A DNA stretch of 64,000 nucleotides from Antedon mediterranea (taxonomy: Eukaryota > Animalia > Echinodermata). Made by a program: the position numbers and the translations under genes. Below, piece by piece: positions 12,861 through 26,500 of this stretch (positions are counted from its first letter, which is position 1; every line of letters begins with the position of its first letter). Below the pieces are notes generated by a model. It was not told the origin of the DNA. It was given only the letters and a program-made list of their open reading frames with translations, and did not search any database. The stretch lies in contig NC_092670.1 of assembly GCF_964355755.1 (NCBI RefSeq), positions 20,942,795 through 21,006,794 of the forward strand. The letters are read 5' to 3'.

Positions 12861-13396
12861 TGTGTGACGTGCCTGTGCTAAAACTGTTATCAAAATTAAA
12901 ACGCGTCAATATTGACAGATAACGCGTTATATGTCAAGAAGTAAGAACATAACGTCATGTGAGGTTTTTTTGGTCCTTCTAAGTCTCTTATTGATAAATA
13001 TATATATTTCTCATCATCACGATACTTAATATAAAGATAAAATTACTGTTTTAGCCACTTTTAATACCCTTGCAGAACTTAACCATAATTGAAAGAGTTA
13101 CGACATTCGTTCACGGATTATAGAAATATATACTCCCTTTTGCGCCCTGCCAACAACCCGTGCAGCGCGCGCATTGTGCAAACTCCGCGCATCACATGGC
13201 GCCGTTCTTATTACTATGGTAATTTACTATGGTAGTAATACAATTTATTTTAGAAGCACCACCACCACCACCTTGCTTACTTTTGTTGCATTGTAAGACC
13301 ATTCCTGTTTTGGGGGCATATATCCAGTCAAAAAATATCGGGTAAAAAACATCAGACCTTGATATGACTAAAGCGATTGAGTTTTAAAACTAAAAC

Positions 13397-14077
13397 ATGT
13401 ACTCAGGATTGTCAACAAGCTCAAACGACACCGCCACTGTCCCGAAAGTTGCCGAAGACACTTTCAGAAAACTTCGGAAAGTTCTGGACAAACAGGTTCG
13501 TTATTCGTTGCATAAGTACACATTGACGCAATATATCAAGTCAGGGCTTATTCCACGAGGTCTAAGAATTCAACTTGAGCCATCGATAGGGAACTGTGAT
13601 GTAACATTTGTCGAGCAATGGGACGCCTTCCTGACCAAAACCTCGAATGAATTGATGGGGATGGTTATAACATTCTGTGATGAGCAAGAAGAACTGTTAA
13701 AACAAGAAGCCGATAAATTAGAATCCCACATAGAATTAGAGATAACAGACCCTGTAGTGTTAGCCAACACTAAGTCACTGCTGTGGACACTGACGGAAAG
13801 AGTTCGTGCCCGGGCACTTGAAACGAAAGAGAGGAAGTTTCATAGAGATACTCACCCTCACGACAGCCTGTCACCAAGCTCACCACGTCATACTCAACAA
13901 GGTGAAACATCGTCTAGAAGTACCCCAAGAACACCCAGATCTCCCATCAGTCCGATGTATTATTCAGAGGCCACACTAGGCTGTGTTTCGCCTCATTTTC
14001 AACCACTTGGTAATGACCACAGCCAACAACATGATTCAGGATGTACGGAAAACAAGAAACAGAGAACGAACACATGA
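13397..14077 (+). CDS. Intronless 226-aa ORF resembling the N-terminal (pre-RT) region of Penelope-like (Neptune-type) element proteins
   Basis: Motifs Y...GLIPRGLRI..P.......F...W...L...S..LM and K.RKF.RD; AAACATGT start context; AATAAA twice after the stop; no RT or GIY-YIG downstream. Confidence 0.6.
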   Translation: MYSGLSTSSNDTATVPKVAEDTFRKLRKVLDKQVRYSLHKYTLTQYIKSGLIPRGLRIQLEPSIGNCDVTFVEQWDAFLTKTSNELMGMVITFCDEQEELLKQEADKLESHIELEITDPVVLANTKSLLWTLTERVRARALETKERKFHRDTHPHDSLSPSSPRHTQQGETSSRSTPRTPRSPISPMYYSEATLGCVSPHFQPLGNDHSQQHDSGCTENKKQRTNT

Positions 14078-14390
14078 GCAGCAGATGATATGACTATACA
14101 TTTTTATTTTTAATAATAAATGAAAGAATAAAGTAAAGTTCAAAGTGCAAAGCGTCTTCGAAGTTTATTTCTACTATTCATAAAGTAGCATGATAAAAAA
14201 ACGATTCTGAAACGATTTTTACATAATTTAACAAAGTTGTGAGGTGAGAGGGAATTGAAAATAAAATAACTTCTGAATTCCCCCACCCCTATAAATGGGT
14301 ATGTGGGTTCAGTATTGATAGACCAGCTAGAAATAGCTGCATTTCGTATAAACTGTATGTTGCCATAGTGAGCAACGCACATAAACAAAC

Positions 14391-14668
14391 TAATCCGTTT
14401 CTATAATTTACAGGCTAAAATAAAATGGTATCAAAGATCAATAGCTTGAACCAGGTTGTAATGTTAATTAAAATTGAAACCAAACATTATATATATAATA
14501 AATGTTTTTTCGGCGTGCTATTGGTGTTTGAAAATACAATCACAATCGACGGCACTTAAAACATTGTACCATGTGTTAATAGGCCTATATATATATATGT
14601 AAACACTTCTTTTTTTTATATATCTTTGATACCATTTTATTTTAGCCTGTAAATTATAGAAAAGGATT
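14391..14668. mobile_element. MITE-like element with about 46-bp inverted repeats
   Basis: AATCCGTTTCTATAATTTACAGGCTAAAATAAAATGGTATCAAAGAT inverted at about 14622-14668. Confidence 0.75.
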
Positions 14669-14786
14669 GTATATAATAACACATCAGGTAAAGAACATTA
14701 ATTCTAAACCGCCCAGTGATATACTAAAATTTAATTAATTAATTTGAAACAATAAAGATGAGGAAATCTGTGAGAATGAGAAAAAG

Positions 14787-14859
14787 TCCCCCCAACCAAG
14801 ACTCGAACTCGGACCGCCTGCTTGATATGCAGATGTTCTAACCATTAGACCACTGGAGA
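14787..14859 (-). pseudogene. tRNA-Asp-like pseudogene/SINE head with ATC anticodon
   Basis: A box TGGTCTAATGG, anticodon arm TCTGC-ATATCAA-GCAGG, T arm CCGAG-TTCGAGT-CTTGG, followed by T5; several G-U pairs. Confidence 0.6.
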
Positions 14860-15730
14860 TTTCATGGTATTGTTCAAACTCGATTGGATAGCGACTCTTT
14901 AACATTCTCGGCGTGGTGTACGGCGGAACAGCACTAGTCCTCAGTTGTACGCACGCGCACCAGTGATAAAATTGATACGCTCTCATCTTTCAGTATTTTT
15001 ATTCACGCGAGGCGGGATCTCCGAAGAGATACTTTTTATATAATAAACAAATCAGGCAAAGAACATTAATTCTACACCGCCCGGTGATATACTGAAATTT
15101 AATTAATTAATCTTAAACGATATAATTATATTGTTGTTGTTTATATATAATTTGTTACAGAGCTATGGAGAATTAAGTTTTTTTTCCGAAATAAAAGATG
15201 AATGAATGAATGGTTATGAACGATCATACGATCGTCGGGCCCACGGAAGATAGGGCCCATTCAAGACGATCAGGTACCCAACACCTTGGACCCGATCGTC
15301 TGTTTACCTGGATGGAACACGTTCAATGAGGATGAAGAGAAGTCTAACGATAAAAAAAAAGTAATACAAAGAAATTGTATTGCAGATATCGTTTTAGTTC
15401 GGTCTTCTTTAAACGGCCACCCGGGACTACTTTCTGTTTCAGGTTCAGATTGCATTGTCTTCAAGAATGAAGCATTCGGATTTCCGCAAAACATGATCTG
15501 ATTTAGCCTCAATTGTTTATAGGCCTAATAGTGGGAAATGGGTCGTGTACATTTGACATTTGATCCCGTAAGTCCTGTCCATGAAATAAAAACAGCATAA
15601 AAATTAAAATAAATTATTATTAATCATAATTATCTTGTGAGTTCCGTATCTGTCTACTACGTATGAATTTTTCGATACAATATTATAACCTGAAATGTGA
15701 TCTCTCGTTCTTCTTAAATCAGGGATGTTG

Positions 15731-18700
15731 CTAAAGTCTAGACGATGTCGATTTCTTTATAACCGTTTCGTTTATGTCACTTAAGGATGGACAACCTGCA
15801 AGCAAAAGAAAATGATATCTAAGCAATGTAACTGAAGATTGAGGTACTCCTCATGAATAGACTGTAGTGCTTCATGTTGACATTATAACTAGGCCTATAC
15901 CATCTCTTTGACTATAATATGCCTATATTCACACAATGCATATCGATGAATTCAATGGATGGTGATCTAAATCACATGGAAAAACAAGGCCATATACAAT
16001 GGCTGCAGTCGCGTGATCAAGTTAGTGTTTACCGACCAACCGACAGACCGATCGACTAAAAAGTTGAATTGGATTGTGGTACGCGCATTTAGTATGACTA
16101 AGAGGAATGTCTTAGGCCATGTTTCCACAGCCACAAATTAACCGATAATTAATCGATAACAATTAACCGATAATAACCGATAAAAATCAACCGATAAACT
16201 GCCTGTGGAAACGGAGTTTAACCGATTTCCCCACTCGAGAAAATTAACCGATAATTATCTCAATCAAATCAGATAATTTTTTACCTTTGACGTGGAGAAC
16301 AAAATGTTTGCGTTGTGATGATCAATCTGGTTGTTTTGGTAATAACTTTAAAGCGCACTTTATTGGTTAAAACATTAACCGATAATTCTGTTTTGGCGTC
16401 GGAAAGACGGCCTTTACATTGTGTCAGACTCACAACTTTACACTACATCGACATGCATATACAAATATTTTAGGCCTAAATCAAATAAAAATAATTACGT
16501 AATCTTACCACATAAACCCATTGATATCCTAAGCTCATTTTTCAGGATTTCAAGTACAGATTTCACCCCGTTTTCACCCTTTAAAATAAAAGAATATCAT
16601 TATGTTAGGCCTACTGTTGTTTTGTTTTGTTTATTTTTATTTTTTTACGGTAAAAAATGTTCACACGTTGAACTTAAAATACTAAAAGAACGTACGTTCA
16701 CTGCGAGTCCCCATACTATTGGTCGTCCAACCATTACAGCTTTCGCGCCAAGTGCGAGCGCTTTAATGACGTCAGTTCCTTTACGTATACCGCTGTCCAT
16801 CAAAATATCAACCCCGGTATGTTTTACAGCGTCTACAATTTCCGACAACGCATCAATCTGTGAAATAAAATGTTACACTTTCTGTATGCAATGTTGAATG
16901 TGTGACGTAATCAACACGACATTTGCCTACAGTACACACAGCATGAGATCAACATTATGTGTCGTATTATCATCTTAACTGAAAGTTATTATTGGAGATG
17001 ACCAACCGAAGCTTCTACACAGTCGAGGGCTCTTCCACCATGGTTTGAAACAACAATACCATCTACGCCGTGTTGAACCGCTTCGATTGCGTCTTCTCCT
17101 AACAAACACAGAAAATTCAAATGAAAATCATCATGAGATTTAATCAACATACGTTATTTTAACTGCTTAATGGTGATTCTTACTTGTCATAATGCCTTTG
17201 ACGGCGACTTGTAACTTTGTAATGCTTTTTAACCAACTAATATCTTCCCAGGATAAAGAAGGTAGATAGAAACTGAAATTATCGTCAGCGGGAACAACAT
17301 TGGGAGAACTGAAAATGTTAAAGAAATATGATTTATACAACTATTAGCGTTATGTGTAGTATTGATGCATTCCGCTTCAAACCTGATACCAAGTACTGTT
17401 TTCGCAGGAAAAGAAAGGGAAAAAACTTGCTGGGTGTATTGTGACGGATTTTGTTCACACGAAGCAACATTATATGATAAAAGGAGCTTAAACATTGGTT
17501 GGTTCCACCAGGAAAAAATGGATCAAGGTTCATAGACATGGGTTACAGACGGCCGGCCGGACATCACTACGCTAGAGACAAAGTATACATGGAAGAAGAC
17601 ACGACAAACAATAATGGTACAAGAGCAGTTTAAGATTGTTCAAGTTAGTGGTGAAATATTCAAGTTGGTTTGTACTTTGTATTGTGTGGATTCGTCCTAC
17701 TTTATTATCACACTCTGTAATAGCATAGCATAGCAATTTTTTCCTCTCGTTTATATGTTACGTTATAAGTAGTTGTAATAAAAACATTTGCATGTATATA
17801 CACAAAATGATTGATATTGATGTTTTTAAAACCATATTTGCATTCGTTATTTTACATTTAAAAAAAAGTAATTTAAATATATATAATATAAAATAGCATG
17901 TCATTATTCTATAAAGCTCGTGTTCGGGTAGAGCTTAGGGGAAAGAGGGCTGAGAGGCTATAAACTAAGGGGATTTTAATCTAATACAAACCGTAACGAC
18001 TTTGGGTTTGCCACTGTGAACTGATTTCTCTTGTCAGTCAACCTGTTTGACGGAATCTTCAGATCGATTGTCACCAATATTGCTTTATAGCCATGTCGTT
18101 CCGCTTTACGGACAACGTTAACAATGACGCGTCGATCTTTGACAAGATAGAGTTGAAGCCACTTTACTCCAGTTGGACTCTCTTTAGCTACGTCGTCTAT
18201 ACTTGTCGTCGTCCACGGGCTGAACGTGAACGCGGTGCCCATTCCAGCACATGCTAAAGGGATATATAACATTATTTATTTAGTTAGTTTCTGGTTAAGT
18301 CGTGTGATGGTCTAGTAGTGGTATTTATTTATGTGTTGAACCAACCATAGGATAACGAACCAACCATAGGATAACGTAACACAACGTAAATGTCTGTTAA
18401 TTATGATGAACCCATTTTTTTTCTTTTTTTTTTATTCAATCGAAACCAACAGCGATAATTACCTTTTGTTGCGTTTTAAGTCAATAAAACATACCTCTGG
18501 CCACTGCATATTCTCCATCTGGGTGGGCCATCTTTGCCGCTGCAAACGGAGCGACGACAACGGGAAAGTCTATGTCGCATCCTAGTACTCTCTGCTTTGT
18601 GTTGATCGTCGATATATCACGCATGTGCCGTGGCCTTAATTTATATCTGAAAAAGTACAATCCAAAACTATATAATTATGGTTACCGGCTTTCATTAATG

Positions 18701-19591
18701 ATCGAATCGCACCGCTCTTGAACAACTCACACCCGCGTCAGCGATTGATTTTCGAGCATTATATTATATTATATTTTCTGCTTACTGTATCTACACGCAC
18801 CATTAATTGTCTTCCTCGCATGAAAAAAAAACCATTTCTTATGCAATTAGTTATTACATAGTTATCCACTTTGGCAAAAAAATTGGATCGATAAAATTAT
18901 TAAAATACTGAAATACACTGTAATTTGAGCAAAAATAGTCTTTTAACCGTTTAGTTGGTGTATTTATTATAAGTGTAAACATTATTATTTTTCATTAACT
19001 TGAATAAAATTGTAAAATGGCCTATTTCAAAGTTTTTTTGTTATTAACATTTATTTTTTTATGTTTTTTGGGGACAATAAATAAGTTTCGCGTACATTCT
19101 AGAAGTTTCGCGTACACCTTGTTCGCCTAGTCTTATCTGTGGTATATCACTACATTAGTCCTACTGATACTATTATGTACTCAGTTAAGAAGGTCATTAC
19201 AGCAATACAGCTTTTAATCTGATATGAGAACAGGACTTCGGTACCTCGATCAGTAGTCAGGGAGAACAATACACTGGCTGTGTGTTACAAGGAAACAAAA
19301 TGAATCAAACATAACATATCAACTATAACATGTGTAGCAATGAATACATTTTGGCATGAAAGATCGTTTCACACACGAAACATGCGTGCGCTGCGCTGTA
19401 TCCATCGAATCCGTTATGGCCTACACTAAAAATATTATTTACCTCGAAAAGGCTGCAAGATTATGACGCAACGTCTCTGTTCCTTCCGTTCCTTCGTTGA
19501 AATAGCCAAGTGCTCCGGTGTCAGTTATTTTCAATTCCGCTTGTTTTTCAAAGTCGGCAACAGAGTAACACTTTTCCTGAGTCTTATCCAT
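15731..19591 (-). CDS. HAO1: FMN-dependent 2-hydroxyacid oxidase (glycolate oxidase family), paralog A, peroxisomal
   Basis: Exons 19591-19443, 18646-18495, 18253-17992, 17308-17184, 17098-17007, 16857-16696, 16578-16509, 15795-15731; motifs [41 protein letters not shown]; C-terminal SRL. HAO1 versus HAO2 orthology not resolved. Confidence 0.92.
16112..16414. mobile_element. MITE with internal AACCGAT repeats in the last HAO-A intron
   Basis: Ends AGGCCATGTTTCC / GGAAAGACGGCCT; repeated TTAACCGATAA. Confidence 0.6.
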
Positions 19592-20531
19592 AGTAGGCTT
19601 ATTGCTATTGCTAACATACTATACTATCCACTTCCTGTTTGTATGCCTTACTGACATCTTAATTGTTTGTAATGGCGGAATCAGAGTTCAGATCGTGAGG
19701 GCGTATAAAATTGAAATATGATACAGTAATAATATAACATTAATAATAGTTTATTGGCCTACGGCATATAAGAATATAGACTACCTCTCTCTCATACGAT
19801 ACTTCTTGGCGCGGCCTAGTATTAAGTATTATTGTTTCCATTTGAATTGTATTCTTGGACGCAACGCAACTTCACAAGTACGTAAGTAAGCGCAACGCAA
19901 TTGACCAATCACAAGCGATGGATTATGCAGTCAATGATCAACTCGCTTTAGTAGCGTATACGTGTGTTGCGTCCCTGTGGCAACCAAGATTGATCACCGT
20001 CATTTCAAAGATGAAAAAAAGCATTTGTATACCGTATGACACCTTGTAGCATTATGGGTGTCTTTTTTAACCGTTCTATTCTGGATTTTGTGAATAAATA
20101 CATAACAATGTAAGACACGTTAAGCTGGTCTGACATTTAAATTTGTGTACCAGGAAAAATGAAAGTTTACATGCGTAGAGCTATTTCTGCCCTCTTCTCA
20201 TTATGTTACACACTATAACTTTTCCTGTTCCGTTTCTAAAACCCATGGAATTTCACGTAGGCCTATCCTTAAATTTATTATTATATTAATTTACTATTAT
20301 ATTAATTTATATTATAATAGAACAGCGAAATCATTATGTAATCGATTAAAAGCAGAGAATAATCCGTAATATGAATGAAGGTGGTGTACTGTTTCCACAC
20401 ATCAATACAATAAATACAATACTATTTCATTCCTTTAATATCCATGCGTACCGACGGGGCTCATCCTACAACATAATATGTTTATCATAATTATTAATTT
20501 AACCCCTCTCCTCATTGAAGCCCCCTCTGTT

Positions 20532-23500
20532 TTACAGTCTGGACGATGTCGATTTCTTGATAACCGTTTGATTAATATCACTCAGAGATTGACAACCTGA
20601 AAAGAAAATATGATTGAACATAGTGTCAATGTTTACACGGAAAGTGGAGATGAAATAAGTGCGGCAATGGCCGATGTGAATTGTTTTCGTTAATCGTTAA
20701 TTGGTCTAGTCTTTCGTAATCTTACCACATAAACCCATTGATATCCTAAGCTCATTTTTCAGGATTTCCAGTACAGATTTCACACCGTTTTCGCCCTGTC
20801 AAAAAAAGAAGAATATAAAAAAATAAAATGTTTTTTGACAAACTCAATGAACTTTAAAGAAGAAGAAAAAGAACGTACATCTACTGCGAGTCCCCATACT
20901 ATTGGTCGACCAACCATTACAGCTTTCGCACCAAGTGCGAGCGCTTTGATGACGTCAGTTCCTTTACGTATACCACTGTCCATCAAAATATCAACCCCGC
21001 TATGTTTTACGGCCTCTACTATTTCCGATAACGCATCAATCTGTGAAATAAAATGATGAAACGTAATACAAATAATATATCGCGTAAAAAAAACCGTTTG
21101 GTTGCTTTAATGACATAACCAACACGGCATTTGTACAGTGCATTACGATATTGCGTCTCATGCAATATCAACCAAAACGAAAAAGGGACCTATAATAGAT
21201 GACATACCGATGCTTCTACACAGTCGAGGGCTCTTCCACCATGGTTTGAAACAACAATACCATCTACGCCGTGTTGGACCGCTTCGATTGCGTCTTCTCC
21301 TATAATTGAAACATTCGAGTTTGACATTGGTATATAAGAGACAATAACCATGACGTCAACAGCATTATTTGATTTGTCTTAAGCCTGTTTTCCTGTCGAC
21401 GTTAGTCGACGCTATCATCGTTAATCGTTAAGAGCCATTGTCTGTAAAAATCAAAGATTTGGTGGCAGATGTAAAAAAATGGATTTCTCTCAAATTTTTA
21501 CCATGAATAGACATTTCAATAAAAATCATATCTACAACATTCATTTTAATTTTTAGCCTCCGTTGCCATGACAACGGTCAATTATCCAAATTTTGATGTT
21601 TTTGCCATTTTTCACAGATTTTCTATAGTGAAAAAGTACAAACTTGTATACTTATTTAAACCAAAAATACTTACAGTATACAGTTTTTGTTTATAGCAGT
21701 GTAAACAACATGTATTGAGTTCCATTTAATGTAGAAAAAAAATAAATTACAAAATGGAGTTTGGTTGATACCATTATTTTAAAAAGGGGTGTTTTTAAAA
21801 AATATTTTTTTTATAAAAGTATACCTCATAAACGTACCTATAACTTCCAAAGTGGTGTTTTTAAATCAATGAGGTTTTTTAATTTGATAGTCAATAGGTT
21901 TTTCAACAATAATCACGAAAAAAATACTGGGGTAAATTTCGTACATAGGTTTTGTGTTGCCAGGAAAATACGAAAAATATAAAAAATATAACAAAATATC
22001 AACAAACAAAACACATGAAACACAATTTAAATATGGCTAATCCAATAATAAAATGTATATGTGGCTTGTCATAATGCTACTAGAGTCATACGAATAGTTT
22101 AGATAAAATAGGAGAATGTGTTGCCAGGTTTATTTAAATTAATTGCCAGAAAAACAGTATTTTGCATTGAAATATTTAGTTGATGGAAAATAATGTTAAA
22201 CTTGGAAATAATTGCGTCAATGGTTTTTATAAATTGTTAAATCTATTTTGTGTAAAGAGATACAGAAAGACCTCCCAAATAATCTGACCTTGTAAATAGG
22301 TCATTTGAGGTAAAAAGGGGTCAGAATGCAAAACAGGACAGGTCCTCACTTTACTACAACTATTAATGTTTGATCAAAATTTACAAGATAGTTCATAACA
22401 ATTCTCAACAATTTTCATATTTTACCTATAGTGTTACCTTAGCAACCATTTCTATGTGTAACTAAGGAAAGTAATTTTTTTTTAAACGTAAAAAATGGCG
22501 TTTTTATAAATACAAAGAATTGATTGCATTTGTAATTTTTCTCAATTTTACTTCTACTGCATTCCATTAATGACAAACTTGACCTTGTAAATTCATTCAT
22601 TTTGAGGTCAACATTTTACCATAGTAACTGTTTCTATGCGAAAATCTAAAAAAAATAAGGGGTTTTTCATAAATACAAAACATTTTTTCTACATAGTTTT
22701 ACATTTCTACTTTTTGCCAAATTTACTTTAAATACTGAATCCTAATAATCTCAGAAAGAACGTCTTGACGAATCTGAATAAAGGTAAACAAAATTACCTT
22801 TAGTGTTATCTTAAACCTGTTTACGTAACAAATGATATTTAAAAAAAAAATTAAATATGGAGTTTCATGAAAAAAAATAAATTTTACATATTGAGGTCAA
22901 ATGACATCAACATTTTACCTATAGTGTATTGTAGCAACTGTTTCTATACGTAACTAAGTACAATATTTTTAATATGGGGTTTCATGACTACAAACAATAG
23001 ATTACATAGCTTTACTACCTTTTCCCAAATTTACTTATCTACTGAATCCCAGAAAATGTCTGACCTTGTGAAAGGGTCATTTGTTGGGTCAAGTTATGTC
23101 AAAATGTATTATTTATGTTATCTTAGAACCTGTTTCTATGCATAACTAAGGATAATTGTTTTTTAAAATACAGTTGAACCTCCCGTAAGTGGCCACCCTC
23201 GGGACCTGGAAAAGTGGCCGCTTACGGGCGGTGACCCCTTACGGGAGGTTCTGCCGATAAAGGGCCAAAATCACTTATTATGGCTATATACGATATTCTT
23301 AACGAAACGAGCCTCTCAATTTTCCAGCTAATTGTAGACCTATTATTATTAATAATCAGGTGGTTTAGTATTTTTTTAGCATTTTCAGACAAATTTTAAA
23401 AACTTTTATCATATGAAAAATGGTCGGTCAAAATCTGTGTAGTTTTCTCATCTCTTCACAGTAATGTTTTTAAAACCTTTTCAAAATAAAGCTAATATAT

Positions 23501-26500
23501 AAAGAAATACAATAAACATGCACCTCTAATTCATAGGTCCATGCAATAAGTATCACATTTTTCGATTTGCCGCTTACAAAAAATCTCATTTTTAGTATAA
23601 AAAGGTGCCCGCAGCTGCTTACGGTAAGCACCAAATGCACTAATTAGATAGGAAGAACCAAACAGGCTTTTCAAAGTGCGTCCGTTAAGGGAGGTGGCCG
23701 CTGTAAATAAAATATGGGGTTTTCATGAATAAAAATAATCACAGAAGAAAGTGCTTACGAATATGACCTTGTGAAACGGTAATTTGAAAATGCAAATAAG
23801 GCATGCCTGCTAATAATCTACAAATTTAAATTTGTATGAGATAAATATGCAAAATCTAAAGAATATCTTTTTAGTTACCATAGTAACTGTTGCTATGCAT
23901 AACTAAGGGAAATTAAATAATTATCAGATAATTATTAATTAATAATTAATACTGAATCCAACCATCACAGTAAAAAAGATATAGAATTTAAAACCAATAT
24001 TTAATAATAAAGTGTGATATTTTACATGCTGACCTTAAATGAAATGAAATTTCAAATCAGGGCTTCAATATTTGTTATGTAGCATTAACATACCTGAGTA
24101 TATCATTGACTTTTGATTGGTTCTATTTTGGGGAGGGGAAAGTGGTGGACCCAGGACTTTTAAATAGTTAGGAGGTTGAAGGCGAGGGTCTAAAAACTTA
24201 ACTTTATGTCCTATCTTTTGCATTGCAATTTTTAACTTGGGGTGGGTGGGGGCTTGGAGAAAGGGGGAGGGGGTGGGATGGAGGAGTTTGAATCCGTCTA
24301 TTTATTGGGGCGATAGTAGCGGCAGTGTGGGTGGTGCTTGAATTCATGCATTTGACACTCTATAGTGGATGATCGACCAAAGTGTTGCAGTTTTATGGTT
24401 ATAGTCGGGGTGGGGGGGGGGGGGGGTAGTAGTCGAAAGTGGTGGTGGATGGGCATGTGGGATCTGCTTAGGTTAGCAAATAAAAGAAGTAAACAAATGA
24501 AAGAGGAGCTTCAAAATAAGAGAGGAGTAATCTGTTGCAAAGATTAAAATTCACAACGATCTGATAATTTATTCAAATTTCCAGAGGATATAACCTATAA
24601 AATGACATTAAAACTGGGAAATGCAGAATCTATAATTAGATTTCTCACAACACAACTAGAACTATATAAAACATTAAGAATTTTTCTGACCAATGAGTTT
24701 CAAATCAAATAATCAAAGAAAATAAAATGTTTTTACTAATATACCATGTTTTTTTTTTATAAAAATGCCTATGTTTCTCGCAACACTGCTTGTAGATTTT
24801 AAATTTACCCCAGTATTTTATTTTAGAAATCAATTATTAAACATTAGAACTACCTATTTGTAATAAATCAGCTAAAAAAATACACCACTTTGGGCGTTAT
24901 GGTGAAGTAAAGTTTAGTTGCATTGAACAATTTAAAAAAAGTGAAAAACACCCTTTTTTAAATAAATGGTATCTCCCAAAGTATGAAATAAAAAAAAATA
25001 AAAAAATTTGAAACAGGTACACAATGCATTGTTATTATGCATACACTAATTATTTTTTATAATTAAATGAACAAAACAAAAATATCGTTCATCAAAGTAG
25101 TACCTATATCCATTTTAAAAAACCTTAAAAAAGGACAAAATTTGTCAAAAACACAAATTTGGCCGTTGCCATGGAAATATACGTGTGAAATAAAAAATAC
25201 TTCATATTTGATTTCTCTCAACACATATATAGCCATGTGCAAAATTTGAAAGAAATCCATTTTTTTGAGTCTGCCACTCTTTTTGATATTTCTTTGATTC
25301 TTACAGACAATGGCTCTTAAAAGTTCAACTTGATCGTTTGAAAACGATCAAGTTGAAATAATAACGATAGCGAGTACCTTTTCCTGTAAATCGTTAACAT
25401 TTCAATGTCTTCGTAGAAGATCGCCGATTATTGTTAACGATAGCGTCGACTAACGTCGACAGGAAAACAGGCTTTACTTGTCATAACGCCTTTGACGGCG
25501 ACTTGTAACTTCGTAATGCTTTTTAACCAACTAATATCGTCCCAGGATAAAGAAAGTAGATGAAACTGGTCTGTATCGTCAATGGAAGCATTGGGGGATC
25601 TGCAAATAATAAAACATTATTATATTAAACATTATAGAAAAATTATTCCTATAATGACAATTTGACAAATCTATTTGAACTATGTATGTTTTGTTCACTC
25701 CGTTTCCTCCTCAGATAGAGTTAGGGTACGCGGATTGTTTGAGGTGCCGGACATCCATGCGAGTGTAGTGGCACCCACCTTTCTCCCTATCCTGGATGAG
25801 CTTCTGACTTTTTGTAACAAAATCAATTGTGATAATAAAGAATTGTATTCATTCTTACAAACCGTAACAACTCTGAGTTTCCCATTGTGAACTGATTCCT
25901 CTTGTCAGTCAGCCTGTTTGACGGAATCTTCAGATCGATTGTCACCAATATCGCTTTGAAACCATGTCGTTCCGCTTTACGGACAACGTTAACAATGACG
26001 CGTCGATCTTTGACAAGATAAAGTTGAAGCCACTTTACTCCAGTTGAACTCTCTTTTGTTACGTCGTCTATACTTTTCGACGTCCACGAGCTGAGCGTGA
26101 ACGCGGTATCCATTCCAGCGCATGCTATGGAACAGAACAAAACTGTTTTTATCATCCGTTAACTTTGCTTAGAACTCTCACCAAAAAACATTTGTCATAG
26201 GCTACTTTGAACGCGTGTGTCAACATTGTCTGGTCATGATAGTCCAAACACTGGCATTTCAAAGTATTGAACAACATGGCTGCATGCATAACCAAATTAC
26301 AGTGCCATAACGTAGGGTAGGTTGTTTTCGACTAGGAGAAAAGACGTAAGTCGGCTAATTTTGACGAAATGATCACCCATCTGAACAACCGGCCGCTTGT
26401 GATTGGATATATAAATATTTGATTGTACGTGTTTGTATTTCCCCCTATATAAGTGGGACCAAGATATAATGATAAATAGACGGCGTAGTTAACCTTACAT

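Larger units (their letters stand above)
21382..25473. mobile_element. PIF/Harbinger-type MITE (outer element of a nest), TTA/TAA target-site duplication
   Basis: TIR AGCCTGTTTTCCTGTCGACGTTAGTCGACGCTATC at both ends; TTA at 21379-21381 and 25474-25476. Confidence 0.85.

Noticed and set aside
11342-14077. One continuous Penelope element joining the hammerhead fragment to ORF 13397
   Set aside because: Separated by 1.8 kb containing another element's end and the presumed WD40 first exon, and the pieces resemble different PLE clades; treated as independent
19495-19510. Apparent Tyr-to-Phe change at the HAO substrate-binding tyrosine
   Set aside because: In GYFNEG the Tyr aligns with human Tyr26; the Phe is the next residue, so the site is conserved
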